NCBI GenBank assembly: GCA_951406725.2
Contig: OX597822.1
Location: 96,906,001 to 96,970,000, forward strand
Source of the DNA: Octopus vulgaris
Taxonomy: Eukaryota
Direction: 5' to 3'
Length of the DNA: 64,000 bases
Position numbers and translations under genes: made by a program. The stretch's first letter is position 1; every line of letters starts with the position of its first letter. Shown here one piece after another: positions 41,280 through 55,173 of the stretch. The notes under the pieces were generated by a model. It did no database searches, was not told where the DNA came from, and saw only the letters and a list, made by a program, of their open reading frames with translations.

Positions 41280-41389
41280 TGGTTATGTACTTTGATTTCA
41301 CTATTTTTCTTTCCCTGTTGTGTTTTGAACCAGTAATCCAAGTTATTGGAGTTAGCCTCTTTAATCTCCTTTATTTATTTATTTTCCAG

Positions 41390-41609
41390 TCAGACTATGG
41401 TACCCCCTCTTCACAGTCACCACTGCCCTCTCCATCGACACTTCAAAGGAAGTCACGGGAAGATCTCCCGTTGGCTCTACACTATGGCTATCGAAGGTTA
41501 CAGCGGACTCTATCTGAAGAGACACGTCAGAAAGGCAAAGATGGAACCCCTCTCACTCCCACTTGTAGCTCAGGCAGTCATCCTTGTCTACCAGGGAGTC
41601 ACTTAAGCA
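41390..41609 (+). CDS. MAST: MAST-family kinase exon (SDYGTPSSQSPLPSP...HPCLPGSHLS), Ser/Pro-rich N-terminal region
   Basis: Acceptor ttatttattttccag|TCA, donor AGCA|gtaagt. 220 nt open, phase 0 in and phase 1 out, joining in frame to 53078. Confidence 0.85.
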
Positions 41610-42537
41610 GTAAGTAAACATTTATCTTAAAAATTATATTTCTTTTCCTTTGTCATTATCTTGGAATCAGCTGTGTATCTCACGGTTTTGTTGGCTTTTC
41701 AGGGTGAATAAGATATTGCCAATCCAGAACAGTGGATTGGCAGAACCATAAGAATGTCAGACCAGATGTTTCACAGCATTTGTTTCTGTTTTTTGTGTTC
41801 TAAGTTCAAATCCTGCTATAATAGGCTTAATCTTTCATTTTAATATCATCACCTGCTACCTTGAGTACCTTTAATAATATCTGTTCTTTTGCAAGCAAAT
41901 ATGCGCAGGCATGGCTGCGTGGTAAGAAACTTGCTTCCCAGCTATATGGTTCCAAGTTCAGTTCCATCATGTGGCACCTTAGGCAGGTGTCTTCTGCTAT
42001 AGCCTCAGGTCAACCAAAGCCATGTGAGTGGATTTGGTAGATAGAACCTGAAAGAAGCCATATGTGTGTTTGTCTTTGTGTTTGTCCCTTTCCATCGATT
42101 GACAACCATTGTTGGTGTGTTTGTGTCCCCATGACTCTAGCGGTTCAGCAAAAGAGATCGACAGAATAAGCACCAAGCTTAAAAGAATGTAAGTACTATA
42201 TTCATTTGACTGGTTTTCAAAGCAGTAAGCATTGGCTGTCTAATGATCATATATATATAGATATATAAAAATATATATATACACACACATATACACATGG
42301 ACAGACAGACAGACAGTTGTACATAGAATTTTAAAGTGCATATGAGTAGGAGTTTCAAGACAATGTCTGCTATGAATTGTGTTGCTGAATGACACAGTTC
42401 TGTGTCTGTATCTGTATGTATAAAAATACGCAGGAATAAATTTATGTGTGAGTGTGTGTATGTATGTACATATGCCTACACATGATTATATCTTACATAT
42501 ATATGTGTTTTATATATATAAATGTACATATGTATGC

Positions 42538-42569
<32 letters not shown>

Positions 42570-42599
42570 GTGTGTGTGTGTGTATGTGTATATATATAT

Positions 42600-42897
42600 G
42601 TGGAGACGCAATGGCCCAGTGGTTAGGGCATCAGACTCGCGGTTGTAGGATCGTGGTTTCGATTCCCAGACCGGGCGTTGTGAGTGTTTATTGATTGAAA
42701 ACACTTAAAGCTCCATGAGGCTCCAGCAGAGGGTGGTGGCGATCCCTGCTGTAATCTTTCGCCACAACTTTCTCTTTCTGTTTGGCCTGCTCGCTTAGCC
42801 AGCGGAGTGGTGTCATTTGAAGGGTAAAACAATGCAAAGCGCATTGTGACCAATGATGTGTAGCAAGATCTGATGGTCTGGTCGGTCACGTGATCAC
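42600..42897 (+). mobile_element. tRNA-derived SINE family 4
   Basis: Head gtggagacgcaatggcccagtggttaggg...gtttcgattccc; also at 57971-58150(+) and 53789-54093(-). Confidence 0.85.
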
Positions 42898-42923
42898 ATG
42901 ATGTATATATATATATGTATGTG

Positions 42924-43451
<528 letters not shown>

Positions 43452-43987
43452 CAATTAAGGACAACTACTTAATAAGGAAAACTTAACAAGAAATTGTCAG
43501 GTAGATAGCGTAAAAACCTCATAAGAGAAAAAATTTCGAAAATAATTATTTCTTATTGAACATATTAATTTATATATAATGCCCTCTATATATATATATA
43601 TATATATCACTGTGACCGACCAGGCTATCAGATGTTGCTACACATTGCTGGTCACAATGCGCTTCACATTGTTTTAGCCTACAAATGACACCACCTCACT
43701 GGCTAAGTGAGCAGGCCAACATATATATATGCCAGCCTCGTCTGGCACCTGTGTCGGTGGCACATAAAAAACACCATATCTGCCAGCCTCGTCTGGCACC
43801 TGTGTCGGTGGACATAAAATCACCCACTACACTCTCGGAGTGGTTGGCGTTAGGAAGGGCATCCAGCTGTAGAAACACTGCCAGATCTGACTGGCCTGGT
43901 GCAGCCTTCGGGCTTGCCAGACCCCAGTTGAACCGTCCAACCCATGCTAGCATGGAAAGCGGACGTTAAACGATGATGATGATGATG

Positions 43988-44028
<41 letters not shown>

Positions 44029-44857
44029 TGTATGTGTGTGCATGTATATATTTTTGCTTGTTCACTTTGTCTATTTTTGAATGCTGGATGTCCTTCCTGT
44101 CCCTAACCCTTACTGGTTTTTGAAGTAAGAGATCTCTTATTCTGCACATGTTTGAAAGCATGAACCAAGCAAGCAAGCAATTCATTGAAAGGAAACCAAA
44201 AAATACCAACAGAATATCACATGAACATCGTGACATTTGAATAAGCAAGCAGCAGTTGTAAACTAACATGCAGGGACACACATCTGCATGCAAACACACA
44301 CATACACACATAGCAATATGGCAGATTTCCTTTTCTGTCTACCAAATACTTTTCTAAGGCTTTGACTGGCCTCAAGCTATTTACTCAAGTGGTTGAGAAA
44401 GTAACTTCTTAACCACACACTCATACCTGTGTGTGTATGTGTTTACATATATCAATTGAATGGCAAAAGGACAGGAGTTACATAATCACTTTCAGCAGCA
44501 TACAGCTGTTTCTTTCATAAGTAGTATTGCACTCAGAACTGAGTGCAGTTGTTCTTGTTGCAGAAACATCTGTAAGCCAATGAAAGTGATTACATCACTC
44601 CTGTTCTTTCATCATTTGATTGAGAGGTTCATGCTGCCAATTGATAGAGCTGAAGTGAAATACAATCAGTGCATGTATCTTAATTGGCAATATGACCCTT
44701 CCAACGTACAACTTATATAAGTGTGTGTGTGTGTGTGTGTATATGCATACATGTATGCATGCATGTGTGTATATCTACACATATTTTAGAACATTGAAAA
44801 TGTTATGAAATTCATACGTCTGAGATAGCGAATTCGAATGAGCATTGATATGCTAAA

Positions 44858-45285
44858 GGCGGTGAGCTACCAGACATGTTGGCGCGCCAAGTGAAATGTT
44901 CAGCGGTATTTCGTCTGTCGTTACGTTCTGAGTTCAAATTCCACCAAGGTCGACTTTGCCTTACATCCTTTCGGGGTCGATAAATAAAAGTACCAGTTTC
45001 GCACTGGGAGTCGATGTAATCGACTTTAATCCCTTTGTCTGTCCTTGTTTGTTCACTCTGTGTTTAGCCCCTTGTGGGTAGTAAAGAAATTGGTATTTCG
45101 TCTGCCGTTACGTTCTGAGTTCAAATTCCGCCGAGGTCAACTTTGCCTTTCATCCTTTCGGGGTCGATAAATAAAGTACCAGTTTCGCACTGGGGGGGGG
45201 GTCGATGTAATCGACTTTAATCCCTTTGTCTCTCCTTGTTTGTCCCCTTTATGTTTAGCCCCCTGTGGGCAATAAAGAAATAGAT
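44858..45285 (+). mobile_element. SINE family 1 head-to-tail dimer
   Basis: Units joined at aaattggtat|ttcgtctgcc. Confidence 0.88.
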
Positions 45286-45807
45286 ATAGTGATGGTTGGA
45301 TGTGAAACTTGAAACAAAACCTCTCTTTCTCTGTCTCTCTATCTCTCTGACACACACACACACACACACATGCACAACACACACACACATGCACAACACA
45401 CACACACACACATGCACAACACACACACACACACAAACTGAAAACCCTTTTGTTTTAGTAATTTGTTCGTGTATAATCAACTTATTGTTTATAATACAAT
45501 AATGCTGTCAGCCATGTTGATATAGAAGTCATGTTATTTTAAATTGAGTTTCATTAAAAAGCTAACAGTAGTGGCAAGGAATCTGTCAAAAGCACAAGAG
45601 TTGCTAATGGAAGGGGGAGGGAGGGAGGGATTTGGGTGGCAGTGAGAGTGAACAGTTATTTCTCCAAGACTAATATGGAATGGCAGTCTTTGTATATTTT
45701 TGTTAATGTCTCACAGATGTGACAAATATAGTTTGACTTTGCGAGTGATTACTTTTCATTTTCATTTTATTTATTTGTTGCTTGTTGTCTGTGTTTTATT
45801 CATTATC

Positions 45808-45841
<34 letters not shown>

Positions 45842-47681
45842 GTAATGATGGTTTCCAATTTTGGCACAAGGCCTGTAATTTTGGAAGAGCTGGGTAAGTC
45901 AATTAATTACATTGACCCCCTCCTGTACTCAACTGCTGCTCATTTTATGAACCCCCGAAAGCATGCAAAGCAAAGTTGACCTGAGCAGAAGTTGAACTCA
46001 GAATGTAAAGACGAACAAAATAGCGCTAAGCATTTTGCTCTGTGTGCTAACAATTCTGCCAAATAATAGAGAAAGGTGAAATGGCAGAAGCACAGCATTT
46101 CTTCTGACTCTCTCTGTTCTGAGTTCAAATGCTGCCAAAGTCAGCTTTACCTTTCATCCTTTTGGGGATCAGTAGAATAAATAGTAGCCAAGATTTGGAG
46201 TTCAAATACCACCAAGGTCGACTTTGCCTTTCATCCTTTCATCATCATCATCATCATCATTTAGCGTCCGCTTTCCATGCTAGCATGGGTTGGACAGTCC
46301 AACTGGAGTCTGGGAAGCCAGAAGGCTGCACCAGGCCCAGTCTGATCTGGCAATGTTTCTACGGCTGGATGCCCTTCCTAATGCCAACTGCTCCTTGAGT
46401 GTAGTAGGTGCTTTTTACGTCCCACAGCACAGGTGCCAGACGGGGCTGGCAAACGGCCACGGTCGGATGGTGCTTTTTACATGCCACCAGCACGGGGGCC
46501 CGTCGGGGTGGCGCTGGCAACGGCCACGTTCGGATGGTTTGCTTACGTGCCACCGGCACTGGTATCACAGCTACAATTTCCATTGATGTCAATCGATTTC
46601 GATTCTGATTCTCACTTGCCTCAACAGGTCTTCACAAGTAGAGTTTTGTGTCCCAAGAAGGAAAGGTATGCATAAGTGGACTGGCTACATCCCTTTCAGG
46701 GTTGAGAAAAGTCCCAGTTGAGCACTTTGAGCACTGAGATCGATATAATCAACTAATCCCCTTCTCTAGAACTGCTGGCCTTGTGCCAAAATTTGAAACC
46801 AATATTTTTTATTGGAGAGGTGGATTGACAGAATTATTAGGGCATCAAACGAAAATGCCTTGCAGTATTTTTTCTGGCTGTTTATTCTCTAAGATCAAAT
46901 CTTACCAAAGTTCTGTCATTTTAGAATCAATGAAATAAAGTACCACTCAAAGTGCCCCACCCTTTTCTTTTTCTCATAATTGCTGGTCTTTTGCTTGTAT
47001 CAGAAACAATTATTATAATTGTGGGGTTTTTTTAATTGTTCTTTGTGATAAAGGGTTAATGCACACACGCACACACACACGCATGCACTCTCACACTCTC
47101 TCTATCATTTTGTCCTTTTTTTCTTTTTTCTCTGTCTCTCTTCCTCTGTCCTTCTTTCTTTCTCTCTCTCTTTTCCACTTTCTCAAAGCATACATCAAAG
47201 TTACTCTCATATGAAATACATTAGCTGTTTTCTTTCACAAGCCAAGATCTAGGTGGTTTCTCTCTCTCTCTCTCTCACTCACTCCTTCCCTTTATTCATG
47301 TCTAGCCAAAATTCTTCCTATTTTTCTTCGTCTACATGTGGCATAACTTTAGACAGAAAAAGAAACAAAAAAAAAAAAACAAACAAAAGAAACAAAAAAA
47401 AGCAACTAAAGAGCAATGTTAGAGATTGTGTCATATTTGTTTGCAATCTGAGATAGATTCTGAAGATAGAGCATGCCATGGTTAAGTCTGCCAACATAGC
47501 ATGTCTAGAGAGCATAAGTTTTTAGAACTCGAGGAATTCTGTCAGGCATTATAGATTTCACTCACTACCACAACTATTTCGTTTCATTCTTTGGTTTCGA
47601 GTCTTTTCCCCCGTGTCTTTGTTTTTTTCTTCCTTTTTTAATCATATTTTCAAAATTCTTTGTGTTGTTTTTGTTTCCTCA

Positions 47682-47717
<36 letters not shown>

Positions 47718-48211
47718 TATTATTATAAAACAAACCTATATGTTTCTAGAGAATGTGCATGTGGATGTTGACCATAGCATTTTAGTTGTATGTCCTTCAA
47801 AGTAGCAAATTGGGAGATATGATAAAGCATTTCACAGAATGCTTTTTGCAGTATTTGACCTCTCTCTCTCTCCTCCCTCCCTCCCTCCATGTTCTATATG
47901 CAAACCATGCCAAGGTCAACTGAACTCTGCCTGTAATTCAAAAAGCCAAGCTTCATCACAATGCATTTCACTGATCCCACCTGAAAATTGCACTAAGGAT
48001 ACTTGTACCTGTGAAATAGTAACACTTACCATTTAGTTGGGGGAGAAAAGGCTGTTTCTGTCTTGCAAATCCACTCATAAGGCATTGATCAGCCCAGAGC
48101 TAAAGTAGCAGACACTTGCCCAAGGTACCCATGCAATGAGATTGAATCCAAAACCACATGGCTGGAAAGCTAACTTCTTAATGAAACAACCATGCCTGCA
48201 CCTATATCCAA

Positions 48212-48606
48212 TCTCTCTCTATATATATAAAGCTGAAGTCATCTGTGTATGGCAGGTTTGGTAGCCTTCAACTAGCACGATCCCCTCCGAGACCCTGCAG
48301 CGCAAGTTGACCAAATTGAGAATATGATAGAAGGCTTGCTCTTCCTTCCATAGAAGAAAAAATTCAAATCGGACTATGATAATACCAAAAATTATTTGCA
48401 TCAAAAAGGTGCTTTTTTTTCTATGAAAATTCCTATTTTTTACGATTTTTTTTGACTCCTGTGTCACCATTTTTCAGTGTATTTCAACCAGAAAAATGTT
48501 CATTTAAGGAGAATAACAAGCTACATAATGCAAAATTTTTACTTTTCATAAATTCCAATTCTAAAGGGTCGAAACAAACCCAAGCAACGCCGGGCGATAC
48601 TGCTAG
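48212..48606 (+). mobile_element. non-autonomous Helitron (about 395 bp)
   Basis: A|TC...tatatataaag 5' end, 3' GC-rich hairpin remnant cccaagcaacgccggg, then CTAG|T; no TSD. Confidence 0.8.
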
Positions 48607-48685
48607 TATTAATAAAATGTAAACTAATGACTATGGTCCATACAGTATCTGTAACTCATTGTTGTTAGTCATATATTTCTGTAAT

Positions 48686-49273
48686 TTTTAGACTCTTGGG
48701 CTCATGTACACAATGTACCATACCTATTGTGTACAAATGTCCAGGAAACTGATTCTTTGGACTATGAATGAAGTATTTAAAAATATCTTTAACCAATATA
48801 TATACATTTAGAACATTTATGAATAGCCAGGCCACTAAGCTTTTGGCAATTGCTTATTGCAGTAATGGACATTATCATGAACGTGTTCTTCGTTGATTTG
48901 ATTTTTGGATATTTCGGGTTGAATAATACAATCACCCTTGCAAAAAAGTACTATTTTCTTGAGTCAAACTATATTTTAGACTCCTGGGCTCATGTACACA
49001 GTGTATCGTCACATCTATTGTGTACAAAAGTTAAGGGTTCTGACTCTGAACTAAGAATGCAATATATAAAAATATTTTACTTCTATATACATTTAGAATG
49101 TCTGTGAATGTCATCTTTGATATTGCATGAATAGCCAGGTCACCACAAATCAAACTTTTAGTAATTGCATTTAGCAGTAATGGCTATTATCATGAACACT
49201 TTCTCCATTGATTTGCTTGTTGGATACTTCAGGTCAAACAGTATTCTTGCAAAGAATACCATTTTCTTGAGTC
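48686..49273. repeat. two diverged tandem units of about 290 bp
   Basis: ttttagactc(t/c)tgggctcatgtacaca...attttcttgagtc occurs twice. Confidence 0.8.
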
Positions 49274-49489
49274 CGGCTGTATTTGGCTTACCTATAAGGT
49301 TTCTTAAAATAGGAGTAGTTAGTCAGACATTCTTTGTTTTATTCTGGAAAAGATGTTTGGCCTAGTATTGAATTAAGCAGAGATATTGAAGCTATCAAGA
49401 ATCAACACTTCAATACTTCTCCAGTGTATAAAATTAGTATCATTATCTGAACTAGTATCCCGCAGTTGCAGTCTAGGATGTAGTAAAGA

Positions 49490-49715
49490 GTGAAGAATGC
49501 AGACCAATGTGAGGAATGGAATTTCCTTTGATATCTGTGGCATCAAAATCAAATGTGAAAACAACTATGTGGCCCGCCTCAATATTCTTGGGAATGTAAC
49601 CTTTGGGAATTTTTTGCATGGATCAAAGGTAAATTCAAGAGGTCTACGATCAGGTCGAAGCGGAAATTTTCTATCAAGTAAAAAAATTATAAGCATGGTT
49701 CGTGGTTCACACATG
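49490..49715 (-). mobile_element. Ty3/Gypsy pol (RNase H) pseudogenic fragment
   Basis: FLLDRKFPLRPDRRPLEFTFDP.KKFPKVTFPRILR, then after a frameshift FDFDATDIKGNSIPH; matches the Gypsy GRKFxLxTDHRPL...RILRWA...FDFxIxYxKG pattern. Confidence 0.8.
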
Positions 49716-50485
49716 AAAGAATCCCCCTCCCCCACCCCATCATCATTACCATCAGCTTTTAAATGTATATTTAGGTGTGTGTGTCTTTGTGTCTGTGTTT
49801 GCCCCCACCCCCACCATCGCTTGACAAGTGATTTTAGTGTGTTTATGCCCCCATAACCTAGCAGTTCAGCAAAAGAAACTGATAGAATAAATATTAAACT
49901 TACAAAGAATAAGTCCTGGGGTTGATTTTTTTTTTTTTTTACTAAATCCATTTAAGGCAGTGCTCCAGAATGGCCACTGTCAAATGACTGAAACATGTAA
50001 AAAATTAAAAGAATAAATGTGTTTTAAAAAAAATGTTTGCACCAAAATGTGATACATAGTGTGTACATGAGGAACACATGCTAGTAAAACCTGCACTCTT
50101 GGAGATTATCTGGTAATCTCTTCAGAATTTATCTTGAGAAGCAAACACTTAATTTTCAATGGCAATCCAATAAGACCAGATCAAGTTATAATTATTTGTT
50201 TTTCCTTTTTTTTTTTTGTATTTATTTATTTATTTATTTATTTATTCACTTAGTGATTAGAAGCTGTTACTGCAAGATCTTGAAGTGCCCTCGTTGCGTT
50301 GGCATTTCAACAATATCAGATGAAATATCATGCCAAGTACTTGTATTTAAATGTTCGTTTTTGCTACAAACATCAGCAAGAAATCTTGAATCTGAAAACT
50401 TCCCGCCCTTCCACCCCATTTTGTTTATTATTATTATCATTATTATTATTATTATTATTATTATCATCATTATTATTATTAAGTA

Positions 50486-50887
50486 GCAGGAGTGGCTGTG
50501 TGGTAAGTAGCTTGTATACCAACCATATGGTTCTGGGTTCAGTCATACTGCGTGGCACCTTGGGCAAGTGTCTTCTACTATAGCCTCGGGCTGACCAAAG
50601 CCTTGTGAGTGGATTTGGTAGATGGACACTGAAAGAAGCCCATCATATATATGTGTGTTTGTGTGTGTGTCTGTGTTTGTGCCCCCAGCATCGCTTGACA
50701 ACCGATGCTGGTGTGTTTGCGTCCCCGTAACTTAGCAGTTCGGCAAAAGGGGAACGATAGAATAAGTACTAGGCTTACAAAGAATAAGTTCTGGGGTCAA
50801 TTTCCTTGACTAAAAAAAAACCCTTTAATGCAATGCTCCAGCATGGCCGCAGTCGAATGACTGAAACAAGTAGAAGAATAAAAGAAT
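50486..50887 (+). mobile_element. SINE family 2, full length
   Basis: Matches 9153-9558. Confidence 0.88.
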
Positions 50888-51421
50888 GTTATGTTTTTGT
50901 TGTTTAACCCTAGATTGTTTCTGAGATTCTCCAACCACGACCACCCTGCTTTTTTATTAATACTTAGTGTATCTAGGTAAGGTGGTATATGGAAGTTTCA
51001 CTGAGATTTGCTGATAATTCCAGCAGATTGTTACTCACTCCTGTGCATGCTTCTCTCTTCCTGTGACCGTTTATTGTCTATTCACAATTTAAACAGAGAC
51101 GAATGATGAATTAATCAATATAAAAAAGAATTTTGTTTTTAATTTATCTATAAAAAAAAAAAAAAAAAAAAAAGCAAACTGATTGATTTTTTTTTTTAGA
51201 TAATCTAATGTAGAGCGATGCTTTTGGTGAAAGCAATTCCAAAAAGAGAAAGAGAAAGAAAAATAATCTCAGGTTCACAGTTAAATTCTTCACCAGTAAT
51301 TACATCATGGTAAATTCGTTGCCAAAATATCAATGCTTGGTAATTACACTGTCTGTGAATTCTTTGTCATGGCAAATACATCATCAGTAAATTGAGCTTC
51401 CTGGGATGGGCGGTTCTTGTG

Positions 51422-51465
<44 letters not shown>

Positions 51466-51942
51466 AATCATCGTCGTCATCATTATCATCATTTAATATT
51501 TAACTTTTCCAAACTTGCATGGGTTGGACAAAATTTGTTGGGGTTGATTTTTTTATAGTCGGATGCTCTTTTTGTTACACCAATCTCTCATCTGTTTCCA
51601 AATGAAATAATATTTTTCCTGAAGCGCAACATATTTTCCACAGGAGACTGGAAATGAGTGACCTTGCATGTATGATGATGATGATGATGGTCATTTACAA
51701 CCATTATGCTGTTTAGACAAGGGTACACAAAAAGACATGCACACATGCATATATATATATGCATATTACACATATGCATCATCATCATCTGTCTCTTTTC
51801 TATGCTGGTATGGGTTCGATGGTTTGACTAGAACTGATAAGCCAGGGAGCTAAATCAAGCTCCAGTCTGATTTGGCTTGGATTCTACGGCTGGATGCCCT
51901 CTCTCATGCCAACTATTCCATGGCATGTATTGGGTGCCTTTA

Positions 51943-52847
51943 ACATGTCACCAGCACAGGTGTCTCCTACATGCCACTGACACAGGTGTCTCCTACATGC
52001 CACTGACACAGGTGTCTCCTACATGCCACTGACACAGGTGTCTCCTACATGCCACTGACACAGGTGTCTCCTACATTCCACTGACACAGGTGTCTCCTAC
52101 ATGTCACCGGCACAGGTGTCTCCTACATGTCACCGGCACAGGTGTCTCCTACATGCCACTGACACAGGTGTCTCCTACATGCCACTGACACAGGTGTCTC
52201 CTACATGTCACCGGCACAGGTGTCTCCTACATGCCACTGACACAGGTGTCTCCTACATGCCACTGACACAGGTGTCTCCTACATGCCACTGACACAGGTG
52301 TCTTCTACATGTCACCGGCACAGGTGTCTCCTACATGTCACCGGCACAGGTGTCTCCTACATTCCACTGACACAGGTGTCTCCTACATGCCACTGACACA
52401 GGTGTCTCCTACATGCCACTGACACAGGTGTCTCCTACATGCCACTGACACAGGTGTCTTCTACATGTCACCGGCACAGGTGTCTCCTACATGCCACTGA
52501 CACAGGTGTCTCCTACATGCCACTGACACAGGTGTCTTCTACATGCCACTGACACAGGTGTCTCCTACATTGCCACTGACACAGGTGTCTTCTACATGTC
52601 ACCGGCACAGGTGTCTCCTACATGCCACTGACACAGGTGTCTCCTACATGCCACTGACACAGGTGTCTCCTACATTCCACTGACACAGGTGTCTCCTACA
52701 TGCCACTGACACAGGTGTCTCCTACATGCCACTGACACAGGTGTCTCCTACATGCCACTGACACAGGTGTCTTCTACATGTCACCGGCACAGGTGTCTCC
52801 TACATGCCACTGACACAGGTGTCTCCTACATGCCACTGACACAGGTG
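51943..52847. repeat. 26-bp minisatellite, about 35 copies (acatgccactgacacaggtgtctcct / acatgtcaccggcacaggtgtctcct)
   Basis: Direct inspection; contiguous units with no spacers. Confidence 0.95.
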
Positions 52848-53077
52848 CCCTTAAAGCTATGAGACAATACATGATTAATTCAAAGCAACATAAATGAGCG
52901 TTACATCTGGCTGAGTAATTTGTACGCTGAAGGGCTAAGGTATCTTAAAATAATTTTTTGCTTGTTTCGCTCCCTTCTGTTCTGATTTTTCATTCCATTA
53001 TGAGATTTGAATTTGTGTTCTGTTATTATGGAAAACTGTTGATGTTAATCGCTGACCTTACGCCTTTCTCTTTCCAG

Positions 53078-53166
53078 GTATTTCCAGCAATACTGAAAGC
53101 ACAAACTTATTACGGATGCACAATTCTGTTTTGGGTCAGTCTGCACCATCCCTCTCAGCAAGCATG
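53078..53166 (+). CDS. MAST: MAST-family kinase exon ((S)ISSNTESTNLLRMHNSVLGQSAPSLSASM)
   Basis: Branch-like ctgac, acceptor cctttctctttccag, donor ATG|gtaagt. The peptide matches the conserved MAST motif NLVRMRxQxLGQSAPSLTA that precedes DUF1908. Confidence 0.93.
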
Positions 53167-53304
53167 GTAAGTTTGATCTTCTTGCTCAGGTTAAATCCAG
53201 TACAAACACCCAGGGGAAGAGGGTTGAGAATTTAGTTACAGCCTGTGGAGTAGTGGGTAGGGACAGGACAGTAAATTTTTTGCAATGTTCTACATTTTGT
53301 AAGG

Positions 53305-53350
<46 letters not shown>

Positions 53351-53527
53351 CATCATCATCATTTAATGTCTATTTTTTCCATGGGTTGGACACCTTGGCA
53401 GGAACTGGCCAGGTTCCATAGTCTCTTTTGGCTTGATTTCTACTACTTAGTGCCCTTCCTAATGCCAACCACTTTACAAAGTGCACTGGCTGCTTTTTAC
53501 ATGACATCAGTGCTTTTTATGTGGACT

Positions 53528-53788
53528 TCACTTTAAGGCCCTTTGTTTCCACACATGGAATTTCCTTTCTATTTCTATTGCACATTCTGCTATGAGGGCA
53601 AGATCATCAGCAGGCTGTAGTTTCCATGGGCTGCCTGTTTTAAATTCTTCTGTTATGGCCTGGCGGACAATGATAAATAGGAGTGGGCTGAGGACCGATC
53701 CTTGATGAACAACCACCTGTACTCTGAATTCATCATTGTACTCATGGCCAACTCTTACCTTACTAGCAGCACCCTTGTACATGGCCTG
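53528..53788 (-). mobile_element. RTE-clade LINE reverse transcriptase fragment
   Basis: SKVRVG.EY.DEFRVQV.VHQGSVLSPLLFIIV...PW.L..ADDLALIAE contains the RT QG and (Y)ADD motifs. Confidence 0.9.
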
Positions 53789-54093
53789 TACTACGTCGCC
53801 CCTTTTTAAACCTAGCTAGGCTCATGGGCCCGGATTTTTGTGGCATATGTGTTCCCCCCAGCTGGACGGGACGCCAGTCCATCGCAGCCTTACTCAAGAA
53901 ACAGGAAGAAATAATGAGAGAAAGTTGTGGTGAAAAAGTACAACAGGGATGGCCACCACCCCCTGCCAGAGCCTCGTGGAGCTTTTAGGTGTTTTCGCTC
54001 AATAAACACATACAATGCCTGGTCTGGGAATTGAAATCACGATCCTCTGACCACAAGTCCGCTGCCCTAACCGCTGGGCCATTGCGCCTCCAC
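53789..54093 (-). mobile_element. SINE family 4 with V-SINE-like domain
   Basis: tRNA head plus ctgcgatggactggcgtcccgtccag, which resembles the V-domain. Confidence 0.75.
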
Positions 54094-54270
54094 TTTTGCT
54101 TTCATATCCTCACCAAATATTATCATGCATCTTCTAAACACTATTGTCCCTCAGTCATTATCTTTTAATGAACTTTGCTTGATATTATTGTGTTAATTAT
54201 TTTGCCATTTGTTTATATTTGTATTTTTATTTTTTTATCTATTTATATTTTATTTATTTCACATTTCCAG

Positions 54271-54299
54271 AAAGATCTCAGTTTAACTAGGAAAGGAAG
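54271..54299 (+). CDS. MAST: MAST-family kinase 29-nt exon (KDLSLTRKG(S))
   Basis: Acceptor acatttccag, donor AAG|gtaagt. Matches the vertebrate MAST motif KELSLPRRGS; phase 0 in, phase 2 out. Confidence 0.92.
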
Positions 54300-54433
54300 G
54301 TAAGTTTGTCTTCATCTTATTTCTCATCTATTAGTCTCTGTTCGTTGTTCATAGAGGTGGGACTGCCATCAACACATCAAATTTGCTTTGCAGTATTTTC
54401 TTTTCCATCTCTTTCATTATGAGTTCAGATACC

Positions 54434-54667
54434 TATTTCTTTACTACCCACAAGGGGCTAGACACAGAGAGGACAAACAAGGACAGACAACGGATTAAAG
54501 TAGATTATATCGACCGACCCAGTGTGTAACTAGTACTTAATTTATCGACCCCGAAATGATGAAAGGCAAAGTCGACCTCGGCGGAATTTGAACTCAGAAC
54601 GCAGCGGAAGTCGAAATACCACAAAGCATTTCGCCCAGCGTGCTAACGTTTCTGCCAGCTCGCCGCC
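54434..54667 (-). mobile_element. SINE family 1 with 17-bp TSD
   Basis: ttatgagttcagatacc at 54417-54433 and 54668-54684. Confidence 0.9.
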
Positions 54668-55173
54668 TTATGAGTTCAGATACCATCACGATTAACTTTA
54701 CCTTTCTTCACTTTGAGGTCAGTAAAATAAAGTATCCCCAGTCAAGTACTGGGGACAGCGTAATAGGCTAACCCCATCCCCTTAAAATTGCTAGCCTTGT
54801 GCCATAATTTGAAACATTATTATTATAATACTGTGACCAGCATTCTAACGATTCTTCCAATTCGCCACATTTGCCCTGGGAAAAATCACAAAACAAAACA
54901 AATAACAATAAGTGGTTTGTGTACTTTCCATAGCAACATGAAATTTTGCAATTATTTATTATTTTTTAAAAATTTATCCAGAAACATTTCATACGTGTTA
55001 TGAATTCTTTTCAGTTTGTCAGAATGATACCAGAGTTACCTCCCTTAGACTAATTTAGCTTTCCAATTTACTAAGGAATTTCATTTGCTAACCTAAGGAA
55101 TTTAAAAAATCCGCATATTTTTATCCGTTTCTTTTTTTCTATTTATTTATTGAGTCTTTCTTATATTTGGTAG

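Noticed and set aside
42600-42675. tRNA gene candidates at SINE heads (also 9153, 54020-54093, 57971)
   Set aside because: They continue into SINE bodies and lack a complete cloverleaf, so they are tRNA-derived SINE heads.
51943-52847. CRISPR-like array of palindromic 26-bp repeats
   Set aside because: The units are contiguous with no unique spacers, there are no cas genes, and the context is a eukaryotic intron.
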